DNA of 62,583 nucleotides from a virus (taxonomy: Duplodnaviria > Caudoviricetes). Positions 28,977 to 38,378 of the stretch are shown piece after piece. Under the pieces are notes generated by a model. It worked only from the letters and a program-made list of their open reading frames with translations, searched no databases and was not told the origin of the DNA. The position numbers and the translations under genes are program-made. The stretch's first letter is position 1, and each line of letters opens with the position of its first letter. Location of the stretch: positions 1 to 62,583 of IMG/VR virus record IMGVR_UViG_3300049015_000009; one strand, given 5' to 3'.

Positions 28977-29407
28977 TCGACCTCCGCATAGCCAGCCTCG
29001 AAGACTGCCTTCGGGCTCCAGCTGATGTAGCCGGCGTAGTCCGGATGGTTGGAAGCTCCCCCGTCGATGTACTCGACAAGGAAGCCTTCATCTTCACCGT
29101 TCTCGTCAGCCGGCAGTGTCCCGCTTCTGAGGATGTTGTACTCACCGCGAGTCATCGGCCTGGCAAAGACTTGCTTGTGGCAGGCGTACAGCTTGGCTCC
29201 ATGGAAGCCAGCGATACGTGAGTTCAACGTCTCCAGGTACCCAGCCATCCACTCGCTCTGCGTCACCAGGAGTTCCTGTTCCTGCTCGGGCAGGGTGGCG
29301 AAGAGCGGTAGCGTGCCGAAGTCCATGAGGGCTTGGTACTTGACCTTGAGTTCGTCACGCTCGGTGACAACACGGAGTTGATGTGGTTGGAGTTGGGCTT
29401 GAGTCAT
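28973..29407 (-). CDS. Two-domain protein: crAss001_48-like helical domain plus GYISWSPK domain
   Basis: PHQLRVVTERDEL..LNSRI, then PMTRGEYN..DEGFLVEY..SWSPKAVFE; TGATG coupling. Confidence 0.7.
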   Translation of the reverse strand: MTQAQLQPHQLRVVTERDELKVKYQALMDFGTLPLFATLPEQEQELLVTQSEWMAGYLETLNSRIAGFHGAKLYACHKQVFARPMTRGEYNILRSGTLPADENGEDEGFLVEYIDGGASNHPDYAGYISWSPKAVFEAGYAEVE

Positions 29408-29766
29408 CAGATGTCCACCTGTGCTTGAGGAAAGATGCGGTTCTGGGACTCCTTCAGGGCGTAACCCATCAGAGGCCACAATTCGTTCTTGGCGTTCTCG
29501 TAAGCAACTTGCTTACCGATCGATTCCCTGTCATTCGCCGGTGAGACGGCAACAGAGGGTCGACCGGTGACGGCATAGCCACTCTTGGTCGTCAGCACAG
29601 CCCAACGCAGTACTTGACCGCCTTGGGAGACATGCTTGACATACTCAACATCAACGATGTTGGCTTCGAGTTCTTCAGGCTTCACACGTGGGGCGTTGAG
29701 GCCCAGGGTGCGAATCTGCTGTTCGATGCCCGCATCGGAGCTGTCGGGGGATTGAACGTGCATCAT
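29407..29766 (-). CDS. N4 gp49/Sf6 gp66 family protein
   Basis: APRV, GYAVTG.S..VSPAN, IG..VA..NA...LWPLMGY. Confidence 0.8.
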   Translation of the reverse strand: MMHVQSPDSSDAGIEQQIRTLGLNAPRVKPEELEANIVDVEYVKHVSQGGQVLRWAVLTTKSGYAVTGRPSVAVSPANDRESIGKQVAYENAKNELWPLMGYALKESQNRIFPQAQVDI

Positions 29767-29948
29767 TTCTTCACCGCCTGTGTCTGATCCTTGGTAGCCA
29801 CCGTAGCGGCAGCAAGGGCCTTCTCCAGTTCAGTGATCCTGTCCCTCAAGCCGGCGTTGTTCGCCTCGCTTTGAGCCACAGCGTTCAGGGCTTGGTTTCG
29901 TTGGTTTTGAAGCGTGTCGATGTATGCGGTTGCTTGGACTTGATTCAT
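29763..29948 (-). CDS. Small coiled-coil protein
   Basis: 61 aa heptad-like; ATGA overlap. Confidence 0.6.
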   Translation of the reverse strand: MNQVQATAYIDTLQNQRNQALNAVAQSEANNAGLRDRITELEKALAAATVATKDQTQAVKK

Positions 29949-30096
29949 GTATTTCGTATGGAGTTGAGGTGTCGATTGATCGTTGATTCAGTCGTTTTTC
30001 ATCAGTCCATCGAATGGGCGCTCACCCCTGGGGATAAGCACCCAGGGGGAGCAAGGAGGTCTCCCGACCTCCTGGGCTGGTCAACTTCTCAGTCGA

Positions 30097-30831
30097 TCAA
30101 CCAAAGAGGCTCGTAGCCGGCTTCTTGGTGCCAGCGCCGCCAGCCTTGGGGGCACCTGCAGTACCGCCTGCAGCAGCACCCTTGGCCTTGTTGCGAACCT
30201 GGCCCTTCCACTTGGCCACCCAAATGGCGTGGAAAGCTGCCTCGTCAGCCTTGGCGCGCAGCTCGGCCACGGTCTTCAGGGTCTCAGCGTGGAAGAACTT
30301 GTCGATCTCGTTCTCGTCACGCGTCTCACCCGTCGGGTCGTACTTGCCCGTGGCTTCGTTCTTGGTGGTCTTGTCGACCGTCTGCTTCAGCAGACCGATG
30401 ACGATCTCCTTGCCGATCAGGTCCGTCAGCACATCGACCTTCGTCGGGACTTCGGCCTTGGCCTCGTAGGAGTAGACGCTGACGACCTTCTTCTCCGGCT
30501 CGAGATCGCCGATCTCCTGGCCGGTGGTCAGCAGGCACAGGCTGTTGGCTGCGGTGAAGCCAGGCAACTCATGCTTCTCGCCGTCCTTCTCGTAGTAGTG
30601 CTTCTGGCCCTTGTCCTTGCCGCTGGTCATCCAGAAGGTCTGACGGATCTCACGGCCGTTCTCAGCCTTGGCAGAGAACACCAGGCCGGCTGCACCACCC
30701 TTGGATTCCGTCAGGTAGGCCATCGAGACGACTGCCTTGTAGGAATCGGAGTCGATAGCACCGCCACCACCGACGCTGTCCTTGGCGGTGGAAATGTTTT
30801 CGTCGGACTTCAGGTTCTTGAGAATGCTCAT
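30097..30831 (-). CDS. ssb: Single-stranded DNA-binding protein (N4 gp45-like)
   Basis: LPGF, TGETRDENEIDKFF, C-terminal SLFG; synteny. Confidence 0.88.
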   Translation of the reverse strand: MSILKNLKSDENISTAKDSVGGGGAIDSDSYKAVVSMAYLTESKGGAAGLVFSAKAENGREIRQTFWMTSGKDKGQKHYYEKDGEKHELPGFTAANSLCLLTTGQEIGDLEPEKKVVSVYSYEAKAEVPTKVDVLTDLIGKEIVIGLLKQTVDKTTKNEATGKYDPTGETRDENEIDKFFHAETLKTVAELRAKADEAAFHAIWVAKWKGQVRNKAKGAAAGGTAGAPKAGGAGTKKPATSLFG

Positions 30832-30864
30832 TTGTGTGTTTCCTTTTCTTGGTTTCGGGTTGGT

Positions 30865-31599
30865 TTATTGGTAGTAGTCCTTGAGGCGATCAAGAACCAG
30901 CTGCAGGTTGTTGTCGATGAAGGTTTCCTTCGTGTCAAACATCCCCAGCGGTCCACGCAGACGTTCACCAACCGTGTCACGGGTCAGCTTGGTCTGGTAG
31001 ACGTACTTGAAGCCCAGGGCTTCTTCCTCCGGTGTGATCGTCAGAAGATCACTGCCGTAGTCCTTCAGTGCCTTGAGAGGCACCTTCTTGCTGCCGATGA
31101 CCTGGCTGAAGTACGACTCGATGCCGTTGTTCTTCAGCGATCCCTTCACAGGGACCGTGGTCTCGATGGCCATCTCAGCTTCGTTCAGCTTGTCAGCGGT
31201 GTGTGCAAGGAAGACCACGTTCTTCGTGCTCTTGGCCACCCGTTGCTGCATCAAATCCTTGAAGTACTGACTGAAGTCACCCCATGCCTTCATGGTGTTG
31301 GCAGCGTTGATCACGTACAGGCTCTCGTACATCTCGAGCAGGTAGGTCAATGTGTCCACGATGATGGTGTGGATCTCCGGCATGTTCTCGGCAGCATCGA
31401 ATGCTTCGATAACCTGAAGAGGATCAGTGATGGTGTACTGCTTGAACTTGGCTCGGAAGGGGAGCTTCTTGCCAGCTTCGCAGTTCAGATACATCACACC
31501 CTCAGGGTCACGGAGACCCATGAGGGATGCGGATTTGCCGGTGGCTGACTTGCCGACCACCAGCACCAGGTTGTCGTTGACAGTTGTGGGTGTACTCAT
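30865..31599 (-). CDS. AAA/Sak4-like ATPase (N4 gp44-like)
   Basis: GKSATGKS Walker A, YLNCEAGK, IIVDT. Confidence 0.88.
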   Translation of the reverse strand: MSTPTTVNDNLVLVVGKSATGKSASLMGLRDPEGVMYLNCEAGKKLPFRAKFKQYTITDPLQVIEAFDAAENMPEIHTIIVDTLTYLLEMYESLYVINAANTMKAWGDFSQYFKDLMQQRVAKSTKNVVFLAHTADKLNEAEMAIETTVPVKGSLKNNGIESYFSQVIGSKKVPLKALKDYGSDLLTITPEEEALGFKYVYQTKLTRDTVGERLRGPLGMFDTKETFIDNNLQLVLDRLKDYYQ

Positions 31600-31883
31600 G
31601 TGGTTAGTTTTCCTTCTGCTTTGTCGAGTGCTGCGGTCTTTTTCTTGAGGTTCTCTTCACGCTTGTCCAGATCAATCCGGATGCGTTTAAGTTCCAGTCG
31701 CCCATGGGCAATCGCTGCTTCTTTGGTCGGATGGATGTGCTCCAACCGGTACGCTCTTCCGCTCTTGGTCTTGTCAGCCCGGTGCTCGTTGAGCCAGTGG
31801 TACGGCTCAACAAAGGTCACTTCCACTGGCTTGAAGCTGGGCTGCAGCACCCATCCCGTGTATGGGTAGGTACGTGTAGTCAT
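31596..31883 (-). CDS. Hypothetical protein
   Basis: GGAG SD, 95 aa. Confidence 0.7.
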   Translation of the reverse strand: MTTRTYPYTGWVLQPSFKPVEVTFVEPYHWLNEHRADKTKSGRAYRLEHIHPTKEAAIAHGRLELKRIRIDLDKREENLKKKTAALDKAEGKLTT

Positions 31884-31897
31884 CTGGTTTCTCCAAT

Positions 31898-31931
31898 GAA
31901 AAAAGCCCCGAGCTGTGAAGCCCAGGGCCTT
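31898..31931 (-). terminator. Intrinsic terminator after primase
   Basis: Minus strand GCCCTGGGC-TTCACA-GCTCGGGGC-TTTTTT. Confidence 0.7.
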
Positions 31932-31949
31932 TCGTGGTTTGTCGAAGAA

Positions 31950-31964
31950 GCGTCCGGAGGACGC
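31950..31964 (-). promoter_or_regulatory. GGA-triloop DNA hairpin (vRNAP-promoter-like)
   Basis: + strand GCGTCC-GGA-GGACGC; lies just upstream of a terminator. Confidence 0.45.
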
Positions 31965-31975
31965 CTGTGGTCAGC

Positions 31976-34117
31976 TCATCGCTTGGCCAGGTTCTTGGCG
32001 ATCGTGATCATCACCGTGCTCATGATCTCGGCCTCGTCCAGCTTGTCGGGGATCTTGCTGTTGAGCTCCATCACCTTCACCCGGATGGCTTCAAACTCGA
32101 AGCCAGCATCCAGCAGGATCATTCCGTAGCGGAGGATCATGTTGTTCCGGTTGCCGTCACCAATGTTGTTGATCACCCAGCGCTCGAGGTTGTCCATCGC
32201 CTGCTGTGAGTCCAGCAGCTGCTTGCGCTCTTCGTTCTTGCTGGTCTTCGGAATGAAGGGCAAGACGTCCAACACTTCGCCTTCGTTGTACTCATAGTGA
32301 CCCGGATGGGTCAGCCACTTGCGTTCACGTTGGCCAGCACTGCGATCCACCTCGAAGGGAAGCCAGTCGAAGATATTCGTCATGAACTCTTTGTAGTCCT
32401 TGCCGTCCATCTTCAGCTCGTAGTTCGTGGGCATGATGACCCTGAACCGGTTCTCTTCATCGGTGTTGCGCTTGGTGGTGTAGACCAAGAACTTGTAGTT
32501 CTTCAGCAGCAGCTTGACCGTACTCAAGGCCACACCGCCATCCACGTCGATGACCACCAGGTTGAAGCCAGGGATGCAGTTCTCCCCGTTGCGGTAGCCC
32601 TCGTTGAGGTGATGAGCAACCCAGTGCATACCCGGTGCTTGAGTCAGCTTGTAGAGCTGGTCAAACGGGGCGCGTTCGTTCTGGTAGCCCGTGGTGATGT
32701 CGTTGCTGTAGGACACGATCATCTTCTCAAGGTCGGTCACTTGCAGGGCTTCGCCCCTCAGGAACTCGATGCCGTCCGAGAACGACTTCTTGATGATGAT
32801 GTTGTTCTTGTATCCCCAGGCAATCGCCATGTTGAGCATCTCGGTCCTGGCTCCGGTACCACCCTTGTAGAAGGGGAGGTCCTCGGCCAGGTCAGCATGC
32901 GTCACATCCTCACCCACCATCGCCACATACTTGGCCAGCTTCATGAAGGCCCGGTCCTGTGCCAGCATGAGCTGGAAGGCTTCTCCTGAGTCCTCAGCCA
33001 ACTTGATGGCGTTGTAGACGTGGTTCTCGGTGACCTCGGGGCAGTCATCGATGAAGGCGTAGGCCCCCGCCAACTTGAGCACCTTGAAGTAGCGCTCACC
33101 CATCTCACGGATCTGCAGCTCCTTCTGGTCGGTCAGCTTCTGTGCCCTGGTTTCGCAGTGCAGTTGATACTCGTTCAAGAGGATGCAGGTCTCCTTCTTG
33201 ATGACCAGCTTCTTGTTGGCGTTGATGATGTCCGCCAGTGCCTCGAATCGGTTGGCCAGCTCAGCCACCTTCTGGGTGTTGTTCTGGCTCGTCCGATCCA
33301 GGTACATCTGCTCTGCAGTCCGGTTGGGCATCCGTGCTGCGTTGCGGACGTATCCGAAGAAGCAACGACGTGCATAACCAGTGCCCAGCATCTCACGGAG
33401 CTCATCCTCGGTCTTGGCACCGTCGAAGACACGTCCAGGCACACCGAACATCAGCATGTTGGCTGGGGTCTGACCCACGATCTCCTCACTACGGATGCTG
33501 TCCGTCGTATTCTTGATCAGCTTGGACTTGACCAGGCCCTTGTCGTACAGCTCGATGAAAGTCTCAAACGCTTCCTTGTTGGGGATCAGGTTGCTGCCCA
33601 CCTCATCCATGATGAGATTGAGCGAGCCTGCGTTCGACATCAGGAGCTGGTGACGCAGCTGCTTGATCGCCGGTGAGGTTGCAGAGTCGAAGCTGAACAG
33701 GGGAGCACCCAGTCGCTCAAACTCCTTGGTCACACGGGCCAGCTCATCGTCTGGATCAGTGCTCTTGCGGATGGCACGCTTGTTGGCGAGCTTGGGCAAG
33801 TTCTGTTCAGCCAGGATCGTGTACGTCTCTTCCAGGAACCGATGGCGGAACAGGCCCAGCACATCACCCTCGATGAGGTTCATGGACTGTGTCTTGCCAT
33901 AGCCCGATGGAGCCAGGTTCAACACATACATGTTGACCGGAATCTCTCCACGGTCAGGGGTGAGGATGCTGCACCTCATCTGGCTTGCGGCCAGGCTGAA
34001 GTAGAAGCCGACCATCAGGCGGAAGAACAGGGAGTCGTCTCGTTGCGTATGGTCTCGGAGTACCTGAACCAGTTCTTCACTGGTGGCGTGATACTCCATC
34101 TCGTCGAATGGTTTCAT
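31976..34117 (-). CDS. DNA primase (N4 gp43-like)
   Basis: APSGYGKT P-loop, VIDVDGG primase motif, GNRNN C-terminal domain. Confidence 0.88.
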   Translation of the reverse strand: MKPFDEMEYHATSEELVQVLRDHTQRDDSLFFRLMVGFYFSLAASQMRCSILTPDRGEIPVNMYVLNLAPSGYGKTQSMNLIEGDVLGLFRHRFLEETYTILAEQNLPKLANKRAIRKSTDPDDELARVTKEFERLGAPLFSFDSATSPAIKQLRHQLLMSNAGSLNLIMDEVGSNLIPNKEAFETFIELYDKGLVKSKLIKNTTDSIRSEEIVGQTPANMLMFGVPGRVFDGAKTEDELREMLGTGYARRCFFGYVRNAARMPNRTAEQMYLDRTSQNNTQKVAELANRFEALADIINANKKLVIKKETCILLNEYQLHCETRAQKLTDQKELQIREMGERYFKVLKLAGAYAFIDDCPEVTENHVYNAIKLAEDSGEAFQLMLAQDRAFMKLAKYVAMVGEDVTHADLAEDLPFYKGGTGARTEMLNMAIAWGYKNNIIIKKSFSDGIEFLRGEALQVTDLEKMIVSYSNDITTGYQNERAPFDQLYKLTQAPGMHWVAHHLNEGYRNGENCIPGFNLVVIDVDGGVALSTVKLLLKNYKFLVYTTKRNTDEENRFRVIMPTNYELKMDGKDYKEFMTNIFDWLPFEVDRSAGQRERKWLTHPGHYEYNEGEVLDVLPFIPKTSKNEERKQLLDSQQAMDNLERWVINNIGDGNRNNMILRYGMILLDAGFEFEAIRVKVMELNSKIPDKLDEAEIMSTVMITIAKNLAKR

Positions 34118-34149
34118 TGGGTCCTTTCTCTTGGGTTGATGGTCTGGGT

Positions 34150-35136
34150 TCAGCCCATCACCAAGTCGCCGGAGGCGACAAGTCGATCCTTCTGAGTGCA
34201 GACACCGAAGGCAGGGCAGTACTTGCAGGCAGTCACTTCACCTGGCTTCTCCTTGATGAGTCCCACGCTTCCGTCTTCCACGAAACGCATACGTGCTTCC
34301 AGCATCGAGTCGAAGTTCTTGGTGCTGCGCAGGGTCTTGGCCGGGTTCTTGTAGTACTTGAACACCGGCTCACTGCGCCACAGTTCCTCGTCGTCACACT
34401 CAGGAATGTCCTTCTCATCTGCGTCCCAGTAGGTCTCGATGAGCTGGAGCTTCTTCTTGATGAACTGCTCAGTCTCTTGGAGAGAGAGCAGGGGATGTGA
34501 CTGACGATGGAAGCGACGTGGTGGGTACTGGGGATCGCTTCGCTGCATCCCGGCCTTCCAGTCAGTGAAAATAAAGTGGATGTCCATCTCGTCCTGGGTG
34601 ATCTTCTTGGGATCAAGCCAGCGGTAGATGGATCCCTGCTGGGAGTACTTCCCTGCGTTGACCTGGTTCTTGTAGGTCCACACCGAGGTGCTCTTGAAGT
34701 CCTGCACCTTGCCTTCACCGATGAAGTCGAACTTGCCGGTGATCGTCCACTTTCCTAGCTTGCGCTTGAGGCGCTGCTCAAGGTAGATGGGGATGATGTC
34801 GTCGGTGAGGTCTTCTGGTGCTGGGTTGATGCGGATACGGTCGATGACCCTGGCTGGGTAGCCCAGAGCTTCCATCGCAGCCTTGTGGTTGTGCATCCAG
34901 GCACGTTCGATGCCATCGTGGATGGCTGTACCCATCCGACTGTTCATCATGTCTGCCAGGTTGGGCAGACCATCACCTGGAGGCAACCGTGCAGGCAGGA
35001 TGACCTGACGCAGTGGCTTCAGCAGGGATGTAGCGCTGATCTCTGTGGGGTCGCTGCTGTGGTCGTAATGGTCCGTGGCCAGGAAGACAGCGAGTGCCAG
35101 TGGCACATCACCGACGTTGGCATATTGAGCTGTCAT
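34150..35136 (-). CDS. PD-(D/E)XK nuclease (N4 gp42-like)
   Basis: ISATSLLKP, GTAIH, GKFD..DFK, C-terminal CxxC..C. Confidence 0.85.
   Translation of the reverse strand: MTAQYANVGDVPLALAVFLATDHYDHSSDPTEISATSLLKPLRQVILPARLPPGDGLPNLADMMNSRMGTAIHDGIERAWMHNHKAAMEALGYPARVIDRIRINPAPEDLTDDIIPIYLEQRLKRKLGKWTITGKFDFIGEGKVQDFKSTSVWTYKNQVNAGKYSQQGSIYRWLDPKKITQDEMDIHFIFTDWKAGMQRSDPQYPPRRFHRQSHPLLSLQETEQFIKKKLQLIETYWDADEKDIPECDDEELWRSEPVFKYYKNPAKTLRSTKNFDSMLEARMRFVEDGSVGLIKEKPGEVTACKYCPAFGVCTQKDRLVASGDLVMG
34165..34179 (-). promoter_or_regulatory. GGA-triloop DNA hairpin upstream of primase
   Basis: + strand GTCGCC-GGA-GGCGAC. Confidence 0.5.
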
Positions 35137-35145
35137 TGATTTCCT

Positions 35146-35397
35146 TTAGGAGGTTGATACACCTGCCAACCGCTCAGCAGCACGCTTCAACTGGTCGTTG
35201 AAGTACCTGCGAATGAGGTAGGACCTGGCCACCGATACCACGGTGAACAACATGCCCATGGCGAAGTTCTGAGACAGGCTTGGCCTGGGTAGTCCCACCA
35301 TCGGCAAGATGATCAGGTTGAAGGCGAAGTTGATGCCGAAGCCGATGGCCACGTTGAACCACGCCTCGATGAATGACTGGAGGCGTGTTTGCGTCAC
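35146..35397 (-). CDS. Small two-TM phage membrane protein
   Basis: QTRLQSFIEA..N...GF, SVARSYLIRRYFN. Confidence 0.75.
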   Translation of the reverse strand: MTQTRLQSFIEAWFNVAIGFGINFAFNLIILPMVGLPRPSLSQNFAMGMLFTVVSVARSYLIRRYFNDQLKRAAERLAGVSTS

Positions 35398-35900
35398 AGT
35401 TGCTTCTCCTTGCGACGCAGGATCAAGTCCAGCCGAGCCAGGGCGTTCCAGGCTTCATGCGCTGCGTGCTCTTCTTCGCTGTCGGGGTCGAACTCGACAC
35501 CCGTCTTCTCAGTGAGCCAGTGACGCAGCTTGGCGTCGTCGTAGCGAGCTTCACCGTTGGGAACCACCATCCAGCCGTTCTCGGTGTACTTGACGGCACC
35601 AAAGGTTCCGATGCGCGAGACAGCCAGGAGTGCCCGTGCAAAGCCACCGAGGACCAGGGCAGGGCGTACCTTGCCTGCATCCAGCTTGGCACCTGGTGCG
35701 TTGGCGGAGAGACCGTTGGGATCTTGTTCCTTGAGCTTGAATCCACCAGGAGGCACGACTGCCATGGGGCCATTGGGTATCAAGTTCGGCATCGACATTA
35801 CCCCGACTCTTGTGTGTATCGGCTGCGGCGGGGTTCGGCCCACGACCATGTCGAGTTCGTGTTGAGAGAGGTGCTTGTTGGTGTCTTCGGTGATCTTCAT
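35394..35900 (-). CDS. dATP/dGTP diphosphohydrolase-like (DUF5664-type) protein
   Basis: GAKLDAGK, FGAVKY..NGW, RH..DPDS..HAAH..WNAL; start uncertain. Confidence 0.8.
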   Translation of the reverse strand: MKITEDTNKHLSQHELDMVVGRTPPQPIHTRVGVMSMPNLIPNGPMAVVPPGGFKLKEQDPNGLSANAPGAKLDAGKVRPALVLGGFARALLAVSRIGTFGAVKYTENGWMVVPNGEARYDDAKLRHWLTEKTGVEFDPDSEEEHAAHEAWNALARLDLILRRKEKQL

Positions 35901-36226
35901 GTGTTTGGTTTCTCTTGGTTCAGTTGAAGCCACCGTGTGAGTGCATCTCGTGCTTCACGGATGTCTCTGGGGGCGGTGATTCGGTATGTGCCTGTCATCA
36001 AGAGCTTGCTGATGGCATGCTGCAGACAACCTGATGGGTCGTAGATCTGGAACAGGTGGTTGACCCCGAAGGCATCCACTTCTGTCATGTCTCCAACGGA
36101 TTTGTAGCTATTCGGGTGTTTGGTCGAGTGTTCCAGCTCACCATCTTTGTTGAGACAGATCCCGCAGAAATCTGAGCCGGTTTCTACAGGGTGTGAGCAC
36201 CCTATTGATTTGCAGTAAGGGGTCAT
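35897..36226 (-). CDS. Hypothetical protein (LQHAISKLL family) with N-terminal Cys cluster
   Basis: CxxxxC..CxxC, then DPSGCLQHAISKLL..DIREA. Confidence 0.6.
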   Translation of the reverse strand: MTPYCKSIGCSHPVETGSDFCGICLNKDGELEHSTKHPNSYKSVGDMTEVDAFGVNHLFQIYDPSGCLQHAISKLLMTGTYRITAPRDIREARDALTRWLQLNQEKPNT

Positions 36227-36281
36227 GGGGCCTTGCTTGATTGCGAACTCCCGAAGGAGTTCGCGGGTAGTACTTAGAGGG

Positions 36282-38225
36282 TCAGAGGATTTCGCATACG
36301 CCTGCGCTACACGCGAGTTCACGGGTACTCACACTGGTGTCATCACGCTCAAGCGCAGCGAGTTGGTCCCAGTCGAACGTGGGCATCTTGGCCAGCAGAG
36401 CTTCGTAATCCTCTTTGCTGCACTCCGTGTATGGAGCTTGCTTGTAGGAGTGGTCGCTGTGAGGCAAGAAGCTCACACCGGCCAGCTCATCGAAGTGCTT
36501 GTAGACCCAGGCACCGACCTCCAGCCATTCGTGATCTCGCACGTAAATCGTGTTGGACACGTTGTGCTCGCTCCAATGACGTTGGAACATCAGGTAGTGC
36601 TCGAGCTGCTCAATGGCAGTCCGGTCGTTTCGGAAGACCGCTTGATCAGGTGCCTTGACCGGGAAGCTAAACACCGTGGTGCTGTGTTCCTTGCCGAAGG
36701 CAGGCTCAGCCGGGAATCCCTGTTGCAGCATCAGCTGGGTCAGGGGATCCTTGTTGTCACCACGTACCGTGCGGATGTAGTAGTGGGCATAGCGCTCATG
36801 CTTGCCAGAGGCAGAGTCCACCAGCTGGCTGACGGTGCCGGAAGGCTTCACCGTGGTACCAGCAGCACAGGGATTGATGCCCAGCTTCTTGGCCCACTCA
36901 GCGTTGACATTGATGCACTGTTGCTTGAGCTGCTTGAGCCAGCTGATGGAGAGCTCACTGACTTGGCTCAGGACCGGATGGTCCATGATCCCTGTCATCG
37001 AGACACCCAACAGACGCTCTTCTTCTTGGTTCTTCTTCCAGCCTTCACGCACGTAGCGGAAGTTGGTCAGCATCGACTGGTAAGTACCTGTGATGGTAGC
37101 CACACGGACCTTGTCCATCAGGTCGATCAGAGAGTCTTCTGCACGAATCACAACCTCGGTGAGGTTGCACAGACCCATGGAGCGGAGAGCGATCTCTGCA
37201 CAGGGATTGGTACCCACGATCTGGCTTGCATCACGACGACCGTTCTCGGCACCCTTCTTCTGGGCAGCAACACGGTTGTAGATGCCACGCTCACCGCTCT
37301 TAGATTCGATGAGGGCCAGCCACTCCTTCATGAAGATCTCGGACTGGGGACGCTCCGTGTAGACCGCTGAGTTGTTGGCCAGAGCACGGTGACCGTACTG
37401 CTCCCACCACATGCCCGACTTGGCCACACGCATGCGGTCATCGGACAGGTTGGAAAGGCTGATCAGTGCTGAGCGACGCACACCACCGACTACGACGATG
37501 TCTGCGATCTTGCAGACCAGGTCATGGCACTCGATGGAGGTCAGTCGACGACCGACAGCATTCTTGAAGGTGGTGACAGCGAAGTTGAAGAGATCAACCA
37601 AGGGCTGGGGACCAGACGCTCGGCCACCGAAGATCTTGAGCTTGGCGCCAGCAGGGCGGATCTTGCTGACATCCCAGCTGGGGATCTTGCCGCTGTAGAG
37701 GTACTGGAGCAGCTCCTTCAGGGCACCAGCCCAGCCACCCTTTGAATCACGGACCACGATGGTGTGATCCACGGGCACCAGCTCTTCAGCGATGTGAACC
37801 TGCACCTGGTTCTGAGCATCCAGCTTGACGCCAGCGCCGACCACGGGGAGCTTGGCGATGAACTGACGCTCAACGCTGAAGCCAACACCGGTGCCACACA
37901 TCAGGATGTAGAGGATCTCGTCGAAGGCTCGGACATGGTCGACTGCCACGAAGCTGCAGTTGAAGCCAGCCATCGGATCTCGTTCCAGTGCAGGGCCAGC
38001 CGTCATCAGGGCACGCATGCTGGGCATGGTTCCCAGGCTCACGATCGAGTCGTAGATCTCCTGCTTGGGGTAATGGGGGAACTTGCTGTCGAAGTAGTCG
38101 ACATACCGCTGAACGGTCTCATCCCAGGATTCACGACGGCCTTTGGCCTGGTTCCACTTGGCATATCGGCTCTTGTGGACGTATTCCTGCAGGGGTGTTG
38201 GAAGGTGATTGGTGGGTTGCTGCAT
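36282..38225 (-). CDS. nrdJ: Class II (B12-dependent) ribonucleotide reductase
   Basis: FNCSF, TNPCAEI, LCNLTE, TVKPSGT, C-terminal CSAGVC; no beta-subunit gene nearby; start MQQPT inferred. Confidence 0.9.
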   Translation of the reverse strand: MQQPTNHLPTPLQEYVHKSRYAKWNQAKGRRESWDETVQRYVDYFDSKFPHYPKQEIYDSIVSLGTMPSMRALMTAGPALERDPMAGFNCSFVAVDHVRAFDEILYILMCGTGVGFSVERQFIAKLPVVGAGVKLDAQNQVQVHIAEELVPVDHTIVVRDSKGGWAGALKELLQYLYSGKIPSWDVSKIRPAGAKLKIFGGRASGPQPLVDLFNFAVTTFKNAVGRRLTSIECHDLVCKIADIVVVGGVRRSALISLSNLSDDRMRVAKSGMWWEQYGHRALANNSAVYTERPQSEIFMKEWLALIESKSGERGIYNRVAAQKKGAENGRRDASQIVGTNPCAEIALRSMGLCNLTEVVIRAEDSLIDLMDKVRVATITGTYQSMLTNFRYVREGWKKNQEEERLLGVSMTGIMDHPVLSQVSELSISWLKQLKQQCINVNAEWAKKLGINPCAAGTTVKPSGTVSQLVDSASGKHERYAHYYIRTVRGDNKDPLTQLMLQQGFPAEPAFGKEHSTTVFSFPVKAPDQAVFRNDRTAIEQLEHYLMFQRHWSEHNVSNTIYVRDHEWLEVGAWVYKHFDELAGVSFLPHSDHSYKQAPYTECSKEDYEALLAKMPTFDWDQLAALERDDTSVSTRELACSAGVCEIL

Positions 38226-38305
38226 TGGAGGTTGGGGCTTTCTGTTCCTGGTTTGAGACTCCAGGTACCGGTAGGAATACCCAGTACCCGGTATTTGTCG
38301 AGAGA

Positions 38306-38318
38306 ATGCCGGAGGCAT
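38306..38318 (-). promoter_or_regulatory. GGA-triloop DNA hairpin upstream of nrdJ
   Basis: + strand ATGCC-GGA-GGCAT, intergenic if start is 38225. Confidence 0.5.
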
Positions 38319-38378
38319 CTCCCTAAACTCAATATCTACTGAGGGGCGCGGAGTTTACTCAGATACTGAGTTTCAGTA

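Noticed and set aside
29983-31548. 521-aa + strand ORF
   Set aside because: Antisense shadow of ssb and the AAA gene caused by codon bias; no motifs.
34150-35136. CRISPR-Cas system from the Cas4-like nuclease
   Set aside because: Core N4 gp42-like gene; no repeat-spacer array or other cas genes seen.
36225-37370. 381-aa + strand ORF
   Set aside because: Antisense to nrdJ; no independent evidence.
38226-38378. Cobalamin riboswitch upstream of nrdJ
   Set aside because: Hairpins are present but I see no B12-box consensus.
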